NCBI GenBank assembly: GCA_047459115.1
Contig: VSCG01000001.1
Location: forward strand, 10,488 to 74,487
From: Micromonosporaceae bacterium
Lineage (GTDB): Bacteria; Actinomycetota; Actinomycetes; Mycobacteriales; Micromonosporaceae
Direction of reading: 5' to 3'
Length of the DNA stretch: 64,000 bases
Shown: one piece after another, positions 60,454 to 64,000 of the stretch
How the letters are laid out: each line of letters opens with the position of its first letter
Numbering within the stretch: position 1 is the stretch's first letter
The notes under the pieces: generated by a model
Databases searched by the model: none
Seen by the model: the letters and a program-made list of their open reading frames with translations, nothing else
What the model was told of the DNA's origin: nothing
Made by a program: the position numbers and the translations under genes

Positions 60454-60609
60454 TGGCATGTCCGCCGCGCATGCCGCCCGAGTACTTACCTAGGCGCACT
60501 CTCGACGACCGGGAGTGCGCAGCCTGTGTGCCCTTTGGCACGCGGGCTTTTTTGTTGCCCGCCTGACGCCGAAATCCAGAATTCCTAGCCGAAGAAGGCC
60601 AGATAGCCC
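60454..60609 (+). promoter_or_regulatory. ilvB leader region with two hairpins (candidate transcription attenuator)
   Basis: Hairpin 1 is GCGCACTC (60494-60501) paired with GAGTGCGC (60513-60520). Hairpin 2 is followed by a T-run (see the terminator feature). A short ORF MSAAHAARVLT (60458-60493, stop included) ends just before hairpin 1. Confidence 0.55.
60522..60553 (+). terminator. Intrinsic-terminator-like hairpin plus U-tract upstream of ilvB
   Basis: GCCTGTGTGCC-ctt-TGGCACGCGGGC (about an 11-bp stem with two G-U pairs) followed by TTTTTTG. It lies 56 nt before the ilvB ATG. Confidence 0.6.
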
Positions 60610-62522
60610 ATGAACCGACCAACTCCCGAACTGCTTGCCAACCGCCCGCCAGGAGCGTCGGCGGGGCAGAACTCGGCGGCCGCACCGCCCCCGGCGCGCG
60701 CGTCCGCCCCGGCCGGGGCGGGTCGGCCGGCCCAGGCCCCGGCGACCCGGTCCACCGCTTCCGCCCAGGTCCGCACCACCGGCGCGGGCGCCCTCGTCAA
60801 GTCGCTCGAGGCGCTCGGCGTCGAGGTGGTGTTCGGAATCCCGGGCGGCGCGATCCTGCCGGCCTATGACCCGCTGTTCGACTCCGCGGTCCGCCACATC
60901 CTGGTGCGCCACGAGCAGGGCGCCGGGCACGCCGCGTCCGGGTACGCGAGCGCCACCGGCAAGGTGGGTGTGTGCATCGCCACCTCCGGCCCCGGCGCCA
61001 CCAACCTGGTCACGCCGATCGCCGACGCGTACATGGACTCGGTGCCCATGGTCGCGATCACCGGGCAGGTGTCCCGCGCGGCGATCGGCTCGGACGCCTT
61101 CCAGGAGGCGGACATCCAGGGCATCACCCTGCCGATCACCAAGCACAACTACCTGGTCCAGGACGCGCGTGACATCCCGCGGGTGCTCGCCGAGGCCTTC
61201 CACCTGGCCGCCACCGGCCGGCCCGGCCCGGTGCTGGTGGACATCCCCAAGGACGTCCTGCAGGCCGACACCTCGTTCGCCTGGCCGCCGACGCTGGAGC
61301 TGCCCGGCTACCGCCCGACGCTGCACCCGCACGGTAAGCAGATCCGGGAGGCAGCCCGGCTGATGGCCACCGCCCGCCGGCCCGTCCTGTACGTGGGCGG
61401 CGGTGTGCTGCGCGCCGGTGCCTCGGCGGCGCTGCGTCAGCTCGCCGAGCAGACCGGCATCCCCGTGGTGACCACCCTGATGGCCCGGGGCGCGTTCCCC
61501 GACTCGCACCGCCAGCACCTGGGCATGCCCGGCATGCACGGCACGGTCGCCGCGGTCTACGCGCTGCAGAAGGCCGACCTTATCGTGGCGCTCGGGGCCC
61601 GGTTCGACGACCGGGTGACCGGGCGGCTGGACACGTTCGCGCCGCACGCGGCGATCGTGCACGCGGACATCGACCCGGCCGAGATCGGCAAGAACCGCGC
61701 CGCGGACGTGCCGATCGTGGGCGACGCGCGGCATGTCATCGAGGAGTTGGTGACCGCCGTGGCCGCCGAGCACGCGGCCGGCCGCCGCGCCGACCTGACC
61801 GAGTGGTGGTCCACTCTGGACGATCTGCGCGGGCGGTACCCGCTGGGCTGGGAGGAGCCCGCCGACGGCACGCTGGCGCCGCAGTACGTGATCAAGCGGC
61901 TCGGCGAGATCGCCCACGAGATGGCCGGGCCGGACGTGATCTTCGTGGCCGGCGTGGGGCAGCACCAGATGTGGGCCTCGCAGTTCATCTCGTACGACCA
62001 GCCGGGCACCTGGCTGAACTCCGGCGGCCTGGGGACGATGGGGTACGCCGTGCCGGCCGCGATGGGGGCGAAGGTCGGCCACCCGGACCGGGTGGTGTGG
62101 GCGGTCGACGGCGACGGCTGCTTCCAGATGACCAACCAGGAGCTGGCGACCTGCGCGCTGGAGGGCATCCCGATCAAGGTGGCCGTCATCAACAACGGCA
62201 ACCTGGGCATGGTGCGCCAGTGGCAGACGCTGTTCTACAACGAGCGGTACTCCAACACCGACCTCGGCACGCACAAGCACCGGGTGCCGGACTTCGTGAA
62301 GCTGGCCGAGGCGCTCGGCTGCGTGGGTCTGCGCTGCGAAACGTCGTCTGATGTGGACTCCACGATCCGGGCGGCGATGTCGATCAACGACGCTCCGGTG
62401 GTCGTCGAGTTCGTGGTCGGCAAGGACGCCATGGTGTGGCCGATGGTCGCGGCGGGCACCAGCAACGACGAGATCATGTTCGCCCGGGGCGTGCGCCCGA
62501 TGTTCGACGAGGACGACGTCTG

Positions 62523-62523
<1 letters not shown>
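60610..62523 (+). CDS. ilvB: Acetolactate synthase large subunit
   Basis: [27 protein letters not shown]...[11 protein letters not shown]...[16 protein letters not shown]...[17 protein letters not shown]...[13 protein letters not shown]...[12 protein letters not shown]. Confidence 0.95.

Positions 62524-64000
<1,477 letters not shown>

Overview
High-GC (about 70-75% by spot counts) actinobacterial chromosome segment; gene content and order resemble Micromonosporaceae-type genomes. From about 31.6 kb onward the core genes follow the order I recall for Mycobacterium tuberculosis Rv3029c-Rv3001c: etfBA, iscS, mnmA, ligA, gatCAB, cfp6-like PH protein, ilvBNC. No database check was possible. The left third (1-20 kb) is a cell-envelope glycopolymer locus. 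It holds a GH3 hexosaminidase, a CDP-alcohol phosphotransferase, the GDP-fucose genes gmd and fcl, a GT4, a cytidylyltransferase-like gene with a glycerol-1-phosphate-dehydrogenase-like gene, a TetR regulator, a TagGH-like ABC exporter and an LCP ligase. This locus is split by an ~8 kb cassette of clearly lower GC (about 5.7-13.9 kb). The cassette encodes a TagA-like GT26, a 719-aa NT-like/CDP-alcohol-phosphotransferase/polytopic fusion, an EEP phosphodiesterase fused to a PI-PLC-like domain lacking the recalled catalytic motif, a Stealth hexose-1-phosphoryltransferase and an FkbM methyltransferase. It carries no mobility genes. This cassette and its phosphodiester chemistry are the most interesting candidate system here. 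The rest is mostly housekeeping: an Fe(III) ABC importer with an IdeR-type iron box, enoyl-CoA hydratase, a TPP enzyme, glyA preceded by a ZTP (pfl) riboswitch, ilvD, ilvBNC with a terminator-type leader, and two GGDEF-EAL proteins. Smaller oddities are a 106-bp imperfect palindrome built from six alternating heptamers, an apparently frameshifted lipoprotein gene, a 21-bp x3 in-frame tandem repeat, a possible degraded toxin next to an RHH gene, and a repeat-rich 450-bp non-coding gap. I found no rRNA, tRNA, CRISPR array, transposase or integrase. Many long ORFs in the six-frame track are antisense shadow ORFs typical of high-GC DNA and were rejected. All family assignments come from motifs read by eye, not from searches.
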